A stretch of 64,000 nt of DNA from Deltaproteobacteria bacterium (GCA_030667965.1 DAOUUW010000001.1:2014-66013), one strand, 5' to 3'; shown: positions 1-9,656, counted from the first letter of the stretch. Notes: a model not told the origin generated them from the letters alone. Made by a program: numbers and translations.

Positions 1-519
1 GAAACGGCAGCCGATGCAGCGGTGAAAGTCCATCATGATAATGCCGTCTTCATTCTTAAAGGTGGCATTTGTCGGACATGCCCGCACACAGGGGGGCTTG
101 TCACAGTGGTTACAGGTGACAAGAAACTGCATGGAGTGCACAGTATGATCCTTTTTATAATGACTCTGCTCTGGAAAGGCATAGGCAAAAGGTTCATTCC
201 ATAACCATTTAATTTCATCCTTCCTGTTGCCGAAATCCGGCACATTATATTCGGTGTGACATGCTTTAACGCATTTTTCCGCCATTCCGGGATTTGCATG
301 AAATATTCTGGTATCAATGACCAGCCCGTAACGTTTACCTGTCGGGGCTGCATCATGGCCACCATGTCCGGCGTCGCCGTGTGCAGCGGGAGCCGCGTCG
401 CCGCCTCCTGCTGCATGAACATCATTCTTCAACAGCATGTTCAGGGCAGAAGGCGCTCCTACGCCGGCAACAGCTGAAATACCGGCAATTTTGAGGAATT
501 TTCTTCTTGAATTATCCAT
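1..519 (-). CDS. dsrO: DsrO, periplasmic ferredoxin-like subunit of DsrMKJOP (3' end runs off the left edge)
   Basis: My own minus-strand translation from ATG 519..517 reads MDNSRRKFLKIAGISAVAG (twin-arginine signal SRRKFLK), then CNHCDKPPCVRACP and CIGCRF ferredoxin Cys clusters. The frame is open to position 1, so it is missing from the ORF track; track ORF 33..425 is a different, spurious frame. The start overlaps the dsrJ stop (TAATG). Confidence 0.85.
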   Translation of the reverse strand, partial: MDNSRRKFLKIAGISAVAGVGAPSALNMLLKNDVHAAGGGDAAPAAHGDAGHGGHDAAPTGKRYGLVIDTRIFHANPGMAEKCVKACHTEYNVPDFGNRKDEIKWLWNEPFAYAFPEQSHYKKDHTVHSMQFLVTCNHCDKPPCVRACPTNATFKNEDGIIMMDFHRCIGCRF

Positions 520-923
520 TATTTCGCCTCCTGTTGTACCATTTCTTCCTGGGGTTCCTGGGGCGCAATGTGGCAATCCCAACAGTATGGATAAACAGAA
601 GCAAACTCGTGACAAACATCACAAAATTTCTTCTTGCTGGTGTGGCAAAGCATACAGCCTTTCTGCAGGCTTCTTTCGTACATCTTGCCCTCAACTTTTA
701 TCTGTTCTCTATTTCCTTCACGGATGACTTCATCGCGCCAATCATTGAGAAGTTTCATATGGGTTTTATTAATCTCTGCCAGAGGAAGCACACACTCTTT
801 GTGGTCTTTCGGCTTCTCAGGCTTAGGGGCCTCCAGCTTCTTGCCGGCATTATTAAAAACGGCAAATAGCATGAGAGCAACGAAAATAATCAGGCCGGGT
901 ATAATCTTTCCTTTATTGTACAT
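519..923 (-). CDS. dsrJ: DsrJ, triheme cytochrome c subunit of DsrMKJOP
   Basis: 134 aa with an N-terminal membrane anchor and three CxxCH motifs (CMLCH, CDVCH, CWDCH). It lies between dsrK and dsrO. Confidence 0.85.
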   Translation of the reverse strand: MYNKGKIIPGLIIFVALMLFAVFNNAGKKLEAPKPEKPKDHKECVLPLAEINKTHMKLLNDWRDEVIREGNREQIKVEGKMYERSLQKGCMLCHTSKKKFCDVCHEFASVYPYCWDCHIAPQEPQEEMVQQEAK

Positions 924-926
924 ACG

Positions 927-2555
927 TTACCCCTCCATTCCTTCAAGAGGCTCAAAGCGGAGTCCCGATTCCCTCTCTTCTTTTTCGCCGTCCATTACTA
1001 AAGCATTGCCGACAAGCTCCGATATCCCGCAAATTTCAACATTCGGATTCCAGTACTCAACCATGGATGTCAAAGTCGCCCGGTCAATGGCACAGACGCA
1101 GGACATCATGTTGACATTGAATTTTTCCTCCACATGTTTCAATGCATTAGCCCTGGGCAGGCCGGAACGCATACGGAGCTCCATGATCTCACCGGTATTC
1201 AGGCCGGTGCCGCTGCCGCAGCAGTAGGTTTTCTCGCGGATAGTGTTTTCCGGCATCTCATACCACTTGGGCACGACATGATCCATAATATATCGCGGCT
1301 CTTCAAGCAGGCCCATGGCCCTGGCCGGGTTACATGAGTCGTGGAAAGTACAAATACGATGGGCATTACGCATGGGGTCGAGTTTGAGCTTGTTGTTTTT
1401 AATCAGGTCAGCGGTAAACTCGCTGATATGGACCATCTTGGTGGAACTGGTATTGTCAAAAACAGTGCCGGTGATGGGTGACTGGGGAACCTCAAGGAAG
1501 TCCGCCGGACCATTCATGGTGTCCATATACTGATGGAGAACGCGCCACATATGACCACATTCACCGCCAAGAATCCACTTGACACCCAGCCTCTTGGCCT
1601 CGGCATACATCTTGCCGTTGAGCTTCTTCATCATCTCGTTATTGGTGAAGAGACCGAAGTTGCCGCCCTCGGACGAGTAGGTGGACCAGGTGTAGTCCAG
1701 GCCGATATGCTCAAAGAGCAGCAGATAGCCCATAGCAGTATAGATACCGGGCTCAGCAAAAACATCCGCAGACGGAGTAATAAATAGAATCTCCGCCCCC
1801 TTGCGGTTCCAGGTCGGTTCAATGTGAATGCCGGTAATGTCCTCGATGTCGTCACAGAGATAGCTGACGTTATCTTTATAGGTATGGGGCTGCAGACCCA
1901 TATGGTTACCGGTGCGGTTTGAGTTGGCGCAAGGCTCCAGGATCCAGTTGGTGTTTATACCGACAAGATGCAGCAGCTCACGCAGGATAATGGTTACTTC
2001 AGCCGTATCAATACCGTACGGGCAGAAGGCGGAACAGCGGCGGCACTCTGTACACTGATAGGCATACATGAACCACTCTTTCACCACTTCAATGGTCAGG
2101 GGTCGGGCGCCGGCCATCTTGCCCAGCAGTTTTCCAGCCGTGGTGAATTCATTACGGTACACGGATCGAAGGAGCTCTGCCCTCAGGACAGGCATATTTT
2201 TCGGATCTCCGGTACCGAGGAAAAAGTGACACTTATCAGCACAGGCGCCACAGCGGACACAGATATCCATAAAAACTTTCAGGGTCCGGAATTTATCCAG
2301 ACGTTCTTTCAAACCGTTTAAGATAATATCCTCCCAGTCGTCCGGCAGTTTCCAGTCATCATCCACAGGATTCCACTCCCGCGGATAGGGAAACTTGTGG
2401 TATTCTACAATGGACACTTTGCCCGGGTAACAAGAGTCGCCTTCCATGAATTTAGCCGGAACATCCATCCACTCCTTCTGGGGGATAGCTCCGGTCATCA
2501 GGGATGGCTCCCTTACGACACTTACACCTAATTCTTCTGCTTTTGGAATCGCCAT
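927..2555 (-). CDS. dsrK: DsrK, HdrD-like catalytic FeS subunit of DsrMKJOP
   Basis: 542 aa. Has two 4Fe-4S motifs (CVRCGACADKC, CTECRRCSAFCP) and a C-terminal CCG-type motif (YCCGSGTG). It follows dsrM with a 5-nt gap. Confidence 0.92.
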   Translation of the reverse strand: MAIPKAEELGVSVVREPSLMTGAIPQKEWMDVPAKFMEGDSCYPGKVSIVEYHKFPYPREWNPVDDDWKLPDDWEDIILNGLKERLDKFRTLKVFMDICVRCGACADKCHFFLGTGDPKNMPVLRAELLRSVYRNEFTTAGKLLGKMAGARPLTIEVVKEWFMYAYQCTECRRCSAFCPYGIDTAEVTIILRELLHLVGINTNWILEPCANSNRTGNHMGLQPHTYKDNVSYLCDDIEDITGIHIEPTWNRKGAEILFITPSADVFAEPGIYTAMGYLLLFEHIGLDYTWSTYSSEGGNFGLFTNNEMMKKLNGKMYAEAKRLGVKWILGGECGHMWRVLHQYMDTMNGPADFLEVPQSPITGTVFDNTSSTKMVHISEFTADLIKNNKLKLDPMRNAHRICTFHDSCNPARAMGLLEEPRYIMDHVVPKWYEMPENTIREKTYCCGSGTGLNTGEIMELRMRSGLPRANALKHVEEKFNVNMMSCVCAIDRATLTSMVEYWNPNVEICGISELVGNALVMDGEKEERESGLRFEPLEGMEG

Positions 2556-2560
2556 TTTAT

Positions 2561-3556
2561 TTATTCCTTTTCTACTGGGATGTCGGCATCTTTCATGAAC
2601 TCTCTGAACTCATCTTCATAGGCCGCATACGAATGGGGCTTGATTGCCGGATCGTTCCATGGATTAATATGCCGTTTTGAACGACTGTTGTTGGCCATAT
2701 TACGTGTCGTACTGAGGAAAATACCGCCCATATGCATCAATTTGCTGAATGGGAAGTAGACCAGCAGTGCACACACCAACGTAACATGAATAAAGAAAAT
2801 AGGATGAATTCCAGCCGGCAATGCAGGTGAAAAGGACGCCAGCCCGGCGGTAAGCTGTTTGACGGCCGTGATATCAACCCTGTAATAATAACGCATGAGA
2901 AGACCGGTTACGCCGATGGCAAAAAGAAGAAACAGCGGGAAATAATCTGCCGGCAATGAAATATACCGGATATGGCGTAAAATTATGCGTCTAGAAAAAA
3001 GAAAAGCGATTGCCGCAAGAAAAATAACATCGGTGGCGTACAATCTCGGTGCTCCGATCTGCATCATACCGTCCGCCATTTCAAGCAGGGGTACGAAAAA
3101 CGGAATCGGTTCGGTGAAAAGACGAAGATGGCGCAGAACAATAATTAAAAACGAATAGTGGAACAGTATGGAAAAAAGCCAGAGGGACTTACTGGAACCA
3201 TACACAATTTTCGGGCCGTCATGCATTTCCGCCCTGGTATTTCTGAAAAGTGACCGGAAGGCACAAACTTCCAGAATCATCCGACCGACTACTTCCAGTG
3301 TGTTGTTTGGACTTTCAAGCCTGTTATACTTGATCCAGGGCAGTGATTTTCCCTGGCCGCATGTGGTAGGAATCTGGAATGGAACCGGGGATTTTGACCA
3401 TTCTATGACACGGTTACAAAATCCGACGATAAACACACCAAATGCCAGATAGGGCAGCACCACCCCTAACAAATATTGCAGACCCGTTACCTTCCCTCCC
3501 AAGAAGGAAACCAAGACTAGTGCTAAGACTGCAACGAAGGAATACAGGACTCTCAT
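2561..3556 (-). CDS. dsrM: DsrM, NarI-like membrane diheme b subunit
   Basis: 331 aa polytopic membrane protein directly upstream of dsrK. It has the NarI/HdrE-like layout with conserved His in the TM helices. Confidence 0.88.
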   Translation of the reverse strand: MRVLYSFVAVLALVLVSFLGGKVTGLQYLLGVVLPYLAFGVFIVGFCNRVIEWSKSPVPFQIPTTCGQGKSLPWIKYNRLESPNNTLEVVGRMILEVCAFRSLFRNTRAEMHDGPKIVYGSSKSLWLFSILFHYSFLIIVLRHLRLFTEPIPFFVPLLEMADGMMQIGAPRLYATDVIFLAAIAFLFSRRIILRHIRYISLPADYFPLFLLFAIGVTGLLMRYYYRVDITAVKQLTAGLASFSPALPAGIHPIFFIHVTLVCALLVYFPFSKLMHMGGIFLSTTRNMANNSRSKRHINPWNDPAIKPHSYAAYEDEFREFMKDADIPVEKE

Positions 3557-3562
3557 TTACCG

Positions 3563-3727
3563 TTACCTCGCCTCATCAAAAGTGTGTAAAAATTCCCGAA
3601 ACCGCCGTATTTCGACATCTTCCGGGGCCGCATAAAACATGCAATGTCCCGGCACTGCCCGGACACCACCAACTGCACCTTCAGCCGGACTGTACAGATG
3701 GGCTTTTGCTCTTTTTTCCCTTTTCAT
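3563..3727 (-). CDS. Doubtful small ORF (54 aa from internal Met) just upstream of dsrM
   Basis: Part of track ORF 3563..3838. It stops 6 nt before the dsrM ATG and overlaps the 3' end of the RsbRD-like ORF in another frame. I recognise no family. See the finding on this junction. Confidence 0.2.
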   Translation of the reverse strand: MKREKRAKAHLYSPAEGAVGGVRAVPGHCMFYAAPEDVEIRRFREFLHTFDEAR

Positions 3728-4226
3728 GGCGCAGTAGACCAGAGGGACATCCTCCCGCAATAACGAGGCCTCTTCCAGACGTAGTTTCTGAAATCCGTAC
3801 CCGGTTAATTCGCTCTCTACTCGCCATATACATGTCAAAAACAGCTAAAGCCGCTGCATCAATCCTGGCATCAAATGCCAGCCACTCCTTATAAGAACCG
3901 GTCATAGTCTTTTTGGTCAGTTCCTGCCGAACAATATATTTCAGCTTAAAGACAAAAGAAACAGCGCTTGAAGCTGAAATTTCCTGAACAGCCCGAAGAC
4001 TGATGAGTTGCTCCAGATACGGCGTCAACACTTCGTTGTCGCTCGGTTCACAGAGCACATCATACAGTTCTTCAAGCCCGGTTCTGACCTTATGGCCGAC
4101 AGGATTGGCAAACGGATTTTTCTGCTTTTTAAAAATAACAAAGGTGTCGTGAGCATAGGACTCCAGTATCGAGTCTTCCCATTTCTCAAGAATTACCTTC
4201 TTGTTTTCCAACAGCAATTTTTCCAT
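3681..4226 (-). CDS. RsbRD N-terminal-domain-like protein (dsr-associated)
   Basis: Track ORF 3681..4283 trimmed to MEKLLLENKKVILEKWEDSILESY at ATG 4226, which is preceded by AAGGGGA. The sequence resembles RsbRD_N-type proteins that I recall being encoded next to dsrMK in sulfate reducers. This is a memory-based assignment. Confidence 0.5.
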   Translation of the reverse strand: MEKLLLENKKVILEKWEDSILESYAHDTFVIFKKQKNPFANPVGHKVRTGLEELYDVLCEPSDNEVLTPYLEQLISLRAVQEISASSAVSFVFKLKYIVRQELTKKTMTGSYKEWLAFDARIDAAALAVFDMYMASRERINRVRISETTSGRGLVIAGGCPSGLLRHEKGKKSKSPSVQSG

Positions 4227-4349
4227 TTCGCGTCCCCTTGTCCACGGTATTTCAGTAAAAATACCCAAAAGATGAATGACCATTCATATACAAAGACCGA
4301 TGGTTAGCACATTTAAATACAATTTTCAACGAAAAAATAGGGGAAGGGA

Positions 4350-4775
4350 TCAGATGGTAAGATCGATCAGTATGCCGACTTCCTTCTGCAGGTTTGTCAA
4401 TAACTTCGGCAGTTCACTGATATGGACAGTCTCGTCTTTAACAAGAAAACAGGCAACGCCGCTTGTACAGTCATAAATATCAAGGGCATAGCCGTTTTCA
4501 TCTTTGATGAGACCGAGATGAATGGCAATATTTGTTTTTTCCAGATTGTCGTTTACCTGCTTTATCAAAAGCTGCAAATCTTTTTCCGCCTCATCGGAAA
4601 GATTTTCTTCCACACCTTGCAAATAAGGCCTGTTTTTCCCTTTTCGCCATCTGCCGGAGTAATGATTCACCGGCAGGAGCGGATTAATACCGGCTATCTC
4701 CCTTAACCTGAGTGGAGATTCACCGGTATCTACAGCAGGGCGGCGGGGAAATTTAAATTCGTCGGTTATTACCAT
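4350..4775 (-). CDS. Hypothetical protein, FlaG-like C-terminal half
   Basis: 141 aa. The C-terminal segment LLIKQVNDNLEKTNIAIHLGLIKDENGYALDIYDCTSG...ISELPKLLTNLQKEVGILIDLTI has the pattern of FlaG family proteins. The similarity is weak and unverified. Confidence 0.35.
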   Translation of the reverse strand: MVITDEFKFPRRPAVDTGESPLRLREIAGINPLLPVNHYSGRWRKGKNRPYLQGVEENLSDEAEKDLQLLIKQVNDNLEKTNIAIHLGLIKDENGYALDIYDCTSGVACFLVKDETVHISELPKLLTNLQKEVGILIDLTI

Positions 4776-4971
4776 GGGCGAGAATTTGAAGTTTCAGCTT
4801 TCAGTCAACTTTTTACAAAGATGTGCATGCATACCATAAAGTAATGAAACTCAATCTCCGGAACAAATTAAGACAGGTCGGGAAATTGAGTCATCATCTC
4901 TTTGGTGGCAATTTATGAGGCTATGAACTCCGGCTCTGTGTTATGAACTTAGCGCCCTACGGGCGGGCTTT

Positions 4972-5084
4972 AGACAGGATCAACAAGATAGACATGATAA
5001 AAAAATCCAGTTAATCCTGATAAATTCGTAAAAAGTACATTTTGCCGTCTATTTTGACTTTTTACGAGACCGTCAATCCTGTCT
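4972..5084. repeat. Nested inverted repeats downstream of the radical SAM gene
   Basis: Outer pair AGACAGGAT (4972-4980) / ATCCTGTCT (5076-5084). Inner perfect 11-bp pair TCGTAAAAAGT (5026-5036) / ACTTTTTACGA (5057-5067) with a 20-nt loop. Confidence 0.7.
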
Positions 5085-5110
5085 TAAAAAAAACAAAAAA
5101 ATGGAAATTC

Positions 5111-6838
5111 CTATGCTTTCAAGTTAAGTTTTTTCAAAGTGGCCGCTTCGTTCTGACCATCGTTCAATTCCCTGTAACAGGCTGCAATAAAATTTAAGGT
5201 CTGGGCTGATTCCTGAAATTTCAGGAGAAACGAAAGAGCCTTATCGAATTGACCCAGGTTCATGTAACTTATGCCCTGGCAGAGATTTATCTGCTCGTCA
5301 TCAGGAAAATGTTTTATCCCTTCTGAAAGAACTTCTATGGATTCGGCATAGTCCCTGTTTTTCTGCCGGATCATACCCAGTCCGAGAAAAGCGCGGGAGA
5401 CCGGATGGTATTCAAGGGATTTTCGATACAGCTTTTCCGCAATTTTTTTACTGTCACCAAGCGCTTCCACTCCCGAATATTCACCAGAGTCAAAAGACAT
5501 GGCAAGTCTCGAATAGAAATCGGCATGCATCGGATAGAGTTCAGGATTATCGACAAGATCGATCTCATCCAAAAAGAATGGAAGATTTTTAAAAAAATTG
5601 GTCTGCAGCATATTCTTGTAATTCTCGATATCTCCCCGGGGCATTTGTTTGTCGGTTTCAAAGTACATGATATCTTCAATCGGATTCAGCCAGATATCAT
5701 CTGAAATGTTAAACTTTTTCTTGAACTCCGAATAAAGCTCTGTACCCGGAAACAGAACAAGAACGTGGAAGATGACCACCAGGGGCTTAATCTCGTTGAC
5801 CAGGTCAATGCTTTCCTGAATCGTCTCCCTGGTTTCGCCGGGGGAGCCGAAGATTATATATGCCCGGGGCAGTATGCCGTAATAAAGCGTGGTCCTGAAC
5901 GCATTTCTGATCTGATCATTCGTGGTCTTTTTGTTCAACACGTTTCTGATTTTGGGAGAACCGCTTTCCACACCAAAACTGATCTGGATGCATCCGGCCT
6001 TTCGCATCCAGAAGACGACCTCTTCAGTTATAAAATTGACCCTTGATATCGCAAACCAGGTTATCTTGAGTCCACGTTCTATGATCTGTCTGCAGATCTC
6101 AATCACCTTTTCTTTTTTAAAAGTAAATGTATCGTCGGAAATAAGAAAAAACGTGATGCCTCTTTTGTATTGGAGTTCAAGCTGGTCAACAAAGTAGCCG
6201 GCCGAGTGGAATCTTACCCTCTGTCCCCAGAACTTCGGGGATCCGCAGAATGTACAATTCCCAGGGCAGCCACGGGTTAAGGCCAGATGCTCAAAAGTAT
6301 AATATTTGGCGGGATTGGGCAGTTCGTCCAGATCCCGGACGGGCTCCGCATCCTGGGTCTTTACCGGCGTTTTGTTCTTTCGATAGGCAATTCCGCGGAT
6401 GGCGCTGATTTTTGCAAACTCTTTCTTTTCAATACACTCTATCAGGCTCAAAAAGGTATATTCCCCTTCTCCACGAATAACGTAGTCTATTTGCGGAAAG
6501 TGGGTGAGGAAATGTTTCCAGAGAAAGGTCGGGGTAATACCGCCAAAGACAATTTTTATATCCGGGTCGACCTGTTTGGCAACCCTTGCTATTTCAATAC
6601 CGCCCCAACGGTTTGCCTGCAGAATGGAAAAGCCGATAACATCGGGTCTTTTTTCAACAAGCACAGCCCTGATCTCTTCAGGAGACCGGCCGAGCTTCTG
6701 CCAGTTGAGGATCTCAACATCATATTTTTTTTCCTTTAAAAGAGCAGCTACGTAATATATGCCGATGGGCATGCTCTCGACATTTTCCGCATGAATTCGA
6801 TCTTCGAGGCAATAAGGATATATGAGTAAAATTTTCAT
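5111..6838 (-). CDS. B12-binding-domain radical SAM protein with C-terminal TPR repeats
   Basis: Start trimmed to MKILLIYPY (ATG 6838). Has an N-terminal B12-binding-like region, the radical SAM motif CPGNCTFC (CX3CX2C), and a TPR-like C-terminus (LGMIRQKNRDYAESIEVL..., YMNLGQFDKALSFL). Confidence 0.8.
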   Translation of the reverse strand: MKILLIYPYCLEDRIHAENVESMPIGIYYVAALLKEKKYDVEILNWQKLGRSPEEIRAVLVEKRPDVIGFSILQANRWGGIEIARVAKQVDPDIKIVFGGITPTFLWKHFLTHFPQIDYVIRGEGEYTFLSLIECIEKKEFAKISAIRGIAYRKNKTPVKTQDAEPVRDLDELPNPAKYYTFEHLALTRGCPGNCTFCGSPKFWGQRVRFHSAGYFVDQLELQYKRGITFFLISDDTFTFKKEKVIEICRQIIERGLKITWFAISRVNFITEEVVFWMRKAGCIQISFGVESGSPKIRNVLNKKTTNDQIRNAFRTTLYYGILPRAYIIFGSPGETRETIQESIDLVNEIKPLVVIFHVLVLFPGTELYSEFKKKFNISDDIWLNPIEDIMYFETDKQMPRGDIENYKNMLQTNFFKNLPFFLDEIDLVDNPELYPMHADFYSRLAMSFDSGEYSGVEALGDSKKIAEKLYRKSLEYHPVSRAFLGLGMIRQKNRDYAESIEVLSEGIKHFPDDEQINLCQGISYMNLGQFDKALSFLLKFQESAQTLNFIAACYRELNDGQNEAATLKKLNLKA

Positions 6839-6942
6839 TTTTTCGGACAAAATTTTGATAATCTCGATAGGAGTGAAAAGTGCACATTGACTTACAAAAC
6901 GCAACTCAACCTACGGCTTTTTTAAAAAGGCATTAAAATTTA

Positions 6943-7008
6943 TCTCACAAGACACAGAGTTCACAGTATTTTTTTTCTTTTCTCTGTGTCTCTGCGAGCT
7001 CTGTGAGA
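6943..7008 (-). terminator. Hairpin downstream of maf (possible terminator)
   Basis: GACACAGAG (6951-6959) pairs with CTCTGTGTC (6982-6990), and outer TCTCACA (6943-6949) pairs with TGTGAGA (7002-7008). On the minus strand it is followed by an AT-rich stretch, not a clean U-tract. Confidence 0.3.
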
Positions 7009-7048
7009 AATTTTCATATCATAACAGGTTATCTCAATTCGGAGCGTA

Positions 7049-7666
7049 CTACTCTAAAGATGTAACAGGTAGAATGACCCCGACTTCGAGCATATCCTCC
7101 ACCACCTGGGCCATCGGAAGGCCTATGACGTTGGAGTATGAGCCGTCGATTTTTTCAACCAGAAACCCGCCCCGGCCCTGCAGCCCGTAGGAGCCGGCCT
7201 TGTCAAGGGGTTCTCCGGTCAACACATAAGCCCGGCACAGTTCTTCGGTGAGTGGACGGAAGAGAACATCCGTTTTCACCGCCCTTTTGACCAGTTGATT
7301 ACAGGAAGGGGAATAAAGACAATAGCCGGTCCACACCTCATGCCAACTACCCGACAATTTACCCAACATGACCATGGCATCAGCATTGTCTGCCGGTTTG
7401 CCCAAAATCTCTCCATCAAAAACAACAACCGTATCCGCAGCCAGAACACAGGCTGCGGTATTGTCCCGTGAAACGACAAGGGCCTTCTCACCTGCGAGAC
7501 GCAGAACAAAATCCTTCGGGCTCTCACCGGACTTGATAATTTCATCCACTGCCGCAGGCTGCACGGTAAATTGCAGACCAAGCTCCCGTAAAAATCTTTG
7601 CCGCCTCGGAGAAGCCGAGGCCAGCACAAGCGCTCCAGCAGTTACAAACCCTCCCTCCATTATCAT
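7049..7666 (-). CDS. maf: Maf-like nucleoside triphosphate pyrophosphatase
   Basis: Has the LVLASASPRRQRFL signature and Maf length. The start is ambiguous: TTG 7690, ATG 7666 or ATG 7660. Confidence 0.85.
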   Translation of the reverse strand: MIMEGGFVTAGALVLASASPRRQRFLRELGLQFTVQPAAVDEIIKSGESPKDFVLRLAGEKALVVSRDNTAACVLAADTVVVFDGEILGKPADNADAMVMLGKLSGSWHEVWTGYCLYSPSCNQLVKRAVKTDVLFRPLTEELCRAYVLTGEPLDKAGSYGLQGRGGFLVEKIDGSYSNVIGLPMAQVVEDMLEVGVILPVTSLE

Positions 7667-7807
7667 TAGGAGGCTATCCGAGAATAGCAATTTTTTCTCA
7701 AATCAAGGAATATAAAAAAAATTACCGCAGGCATATAGATGATATTCCGAGGATAATTTTTTTTACATAACGCAGAGTTGGGGGAAAAGGGCATTTTCGG
7801 TAGCCTC

Positions 7808-8560
7808 CTAGGCGCGGATGGCGTAGCCACCATCCACAACAAGGGTCTGGCCATGAATCATCTTTGCATAATCACTGCATAGAAACAGGGCAAGATCAGC
7901 AACATCCGCCGGGGTGGTGAGGCGGCCAAGAGGTGTACGCTTCAGGGCTGTCTCAAGGATCTGCTCGCGGTTGGGGAATTTTTTCAAGGCCTCGGTATCA
8001 ACGGCTCCGGCACTGATGGTATTCACTGTAATTTTCAGGTAACCAAGCTCAACAGCCAGGTGACGGACAAGGGATTCAAGCGCTGCTTTGGAGGCGCCCA
8101 CCGCCGTATAATTTTCCACGGCACGCACCGACCCCAGGCTCGATACCGCCAGAATACGCCCACCCTCACCCATGAGAGGAACGGCTTGCTGGCTCAAGGT
8201 CAGCAGAGCCCGGGCATTAATATCCATTGCCCAGTTCCAGTGGCGGGTGCTTAACTCCATAACCGGCTTAAGCACCCCGGAAGCAGCATTACTGACCAGA
8301 AAATCGACCCGGCCGTAATGTGCCTTAATATCTTCAAACATGGACTTCACATCATCATCGTTGGCTACATTGGCCTTGACAACAAGGCATTGTGCTCCGG
8401 TGCTCTCAATTTCTGCGGCAGTTGCCTCGGCGTCGCGTTTATGGCGGACATAATTAACCACCAGGTTAATACCACTTTCAGCAAAACGCATGGCAATAGC
8501 CCGACCTATACCCCGGGAACTGCCTGTAACAAGGGCAACTTTTCCTTTAAGATTATACAT
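7808..8560 (-). CDS. Short-chain dehydrogenase/reductase, FabL-like enoyl-ACP reductase
   Basis: Start at ATG 8560 (MYNLKGKVALVTG), preceded by GGAG. Has the cofactor motif TGSSRGIG and the catalytic YTAVGASK (YxxxK). Its overall layout resembles FabL-type SDRs. Confidence 0.75.
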   Translation of the reverse strand: MYNLKGKVALVTGSSRGIGRAIAMRFAESGINLVVNYVRHKRDAEATAAEIESTGAQCLVVKANVANDDDVKSMFEDIKAHYGRVDFLVSNAASGVLKPVMELSTRHWNWAMDINARALLTLSQQAVPLMGEGGRILAVSSLGSVRAVENYTAVGASKAALESLVRHLAVELGYLKITVNTISAGAVDTEALKKFPNREQILETALKRTPLGRLTTPADVADLALFLCSDYAKMIHGQTLVVDGGYAIRA

Positions 8561-8693
8561 GCACAAACTCCTTTTCATTCATTTCATTTTTTGCCAACAA
8601 ATTAAAAGAATAAAGTCTCAACCTGGAAATGTAAAGGGACAAGTTTGAGCCAAAAACCTTCACGACGGCCTTTTGTAATGATAATAATGATAA

Positions 8694-9644
8694 TTATGAA
8701 GATGGCTGCTGCCGGAGTAAACGTATTCGACGAATAAGACTTGCCGCTACATGAAAGGGCTGAAAGGGCACAGGTTTTAAGCGCGAGGGGACAAGAAAAT
8801 CATCTACAGAAATTTCTGAAGGATGCAGTAGAGGGAAAACCAGGTCTGTAAAGCGGCAACCGGTCATATCCCGGCGCTCGGTTTCCCGCCATACCATACT
8901 TTGTTGGTGGTCGACCCCCAATAGCATTAACAGGGCCGTATCAAGCGCCACGGGATTTTCAGATCCCGCAACAACACCCAGGGGAAAAGGGTCACCATTC
9001 ACCGGGCCTTCCCTGTGCATGGCGCAAATACCATCAATAAATGTGAATCCGGCGGGGAGCACTGCCAGCAGATCAACCAGCATACGGGCAAAAAGATGCG
9101 GCTCCTTGCCGAGCTTCTGGTGAAGCAGAGCCTTGGTAAAACCCTTCACAGTGCCGAAATAATTTTTTACCGCCAAAGTAACCAGGGTTTGGGAATGGGC
9201 TTTCACCCTCGGTAAATTAATGAGCAAATCGCAGTCAAGGACCTGAGATGCCAGGGGAAGAGATTGCCCTCCTGCCAGAGTGACTTTTTCCCCCTTGCTG
9301 AAATGCACCTGTTTTACGGCCAGTCCCTTTAAGGCCCGGGATATACCACAGGTCTGCATAACAGCCGGAGCCCGACCAAAAGCAGGTGAATCCCCAATAA
9401 CAACTCCAGCTCCATGATCCAGACACCACTGGGCTGCTGCAGCTACAAATTCCGGATGACTGCAGGCAAGCCCTTTATGACCTCGCCCGGAAACAAGATT
9501 CGGTTTCAACAATACATTACTGCCAAAAGGCAAACGAAAAGAAGATGCAGCAGCGATTTGATCAAGCCCATCTTTAATTTTCGCCCGGTCATATTCCTGG
9601 CAGCGGACAAAACCCACCCCCGTTGAAGAAATGTGCATTTTCAA
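8694..9644 (-). CDS. DUF362 domain protein
   Basis: 316 aa. VLLKPNLVS...HPEFVAAAAQWCLDHGAGVVIGDSP is typical of DUF362 as I recall it. An alternative start is ATG 9638. Confidence 0.65.
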   Translation of the reverse strand: MKMHISSTGVGFVRCQEYDRAKIKDGLDQIAAASSFRLPFGSNVLLKPNLVSGRGHKGLACSHPEFVAAAAQWCLDHGAGVVIGDSPAFGRAPAVMQTCGISRALKGLAVKQVHFSKGEKVTLAGGQSLPLASQVLDCDLLINLPRVKAHSQTLVTLAVKNYFGTVKGFTKALLHQKLGKEPHLFARMLVDLLAVLPAGFTFIDGICAMHREGPVNGDPFPLGVVAGSENPVALDTALLMLLGVDHQQSMVWRETERRDMTGCRFTDLVFPLLHPSEISVDDFLVPSRLKPVPFQPFHVAASLIRRIRLLRQQPSS

Positions 9645-9656
9645 ACCCTATAAATA

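Noticed and set aside
33-425. 130-aa minus-strand ORF from the track at the left edge
   Set aside because: It is in the wrong frame. The frame starting at ATG 519 gives a Tat signal and ferredoxin motifs (DsrO) and is open to the window edge.
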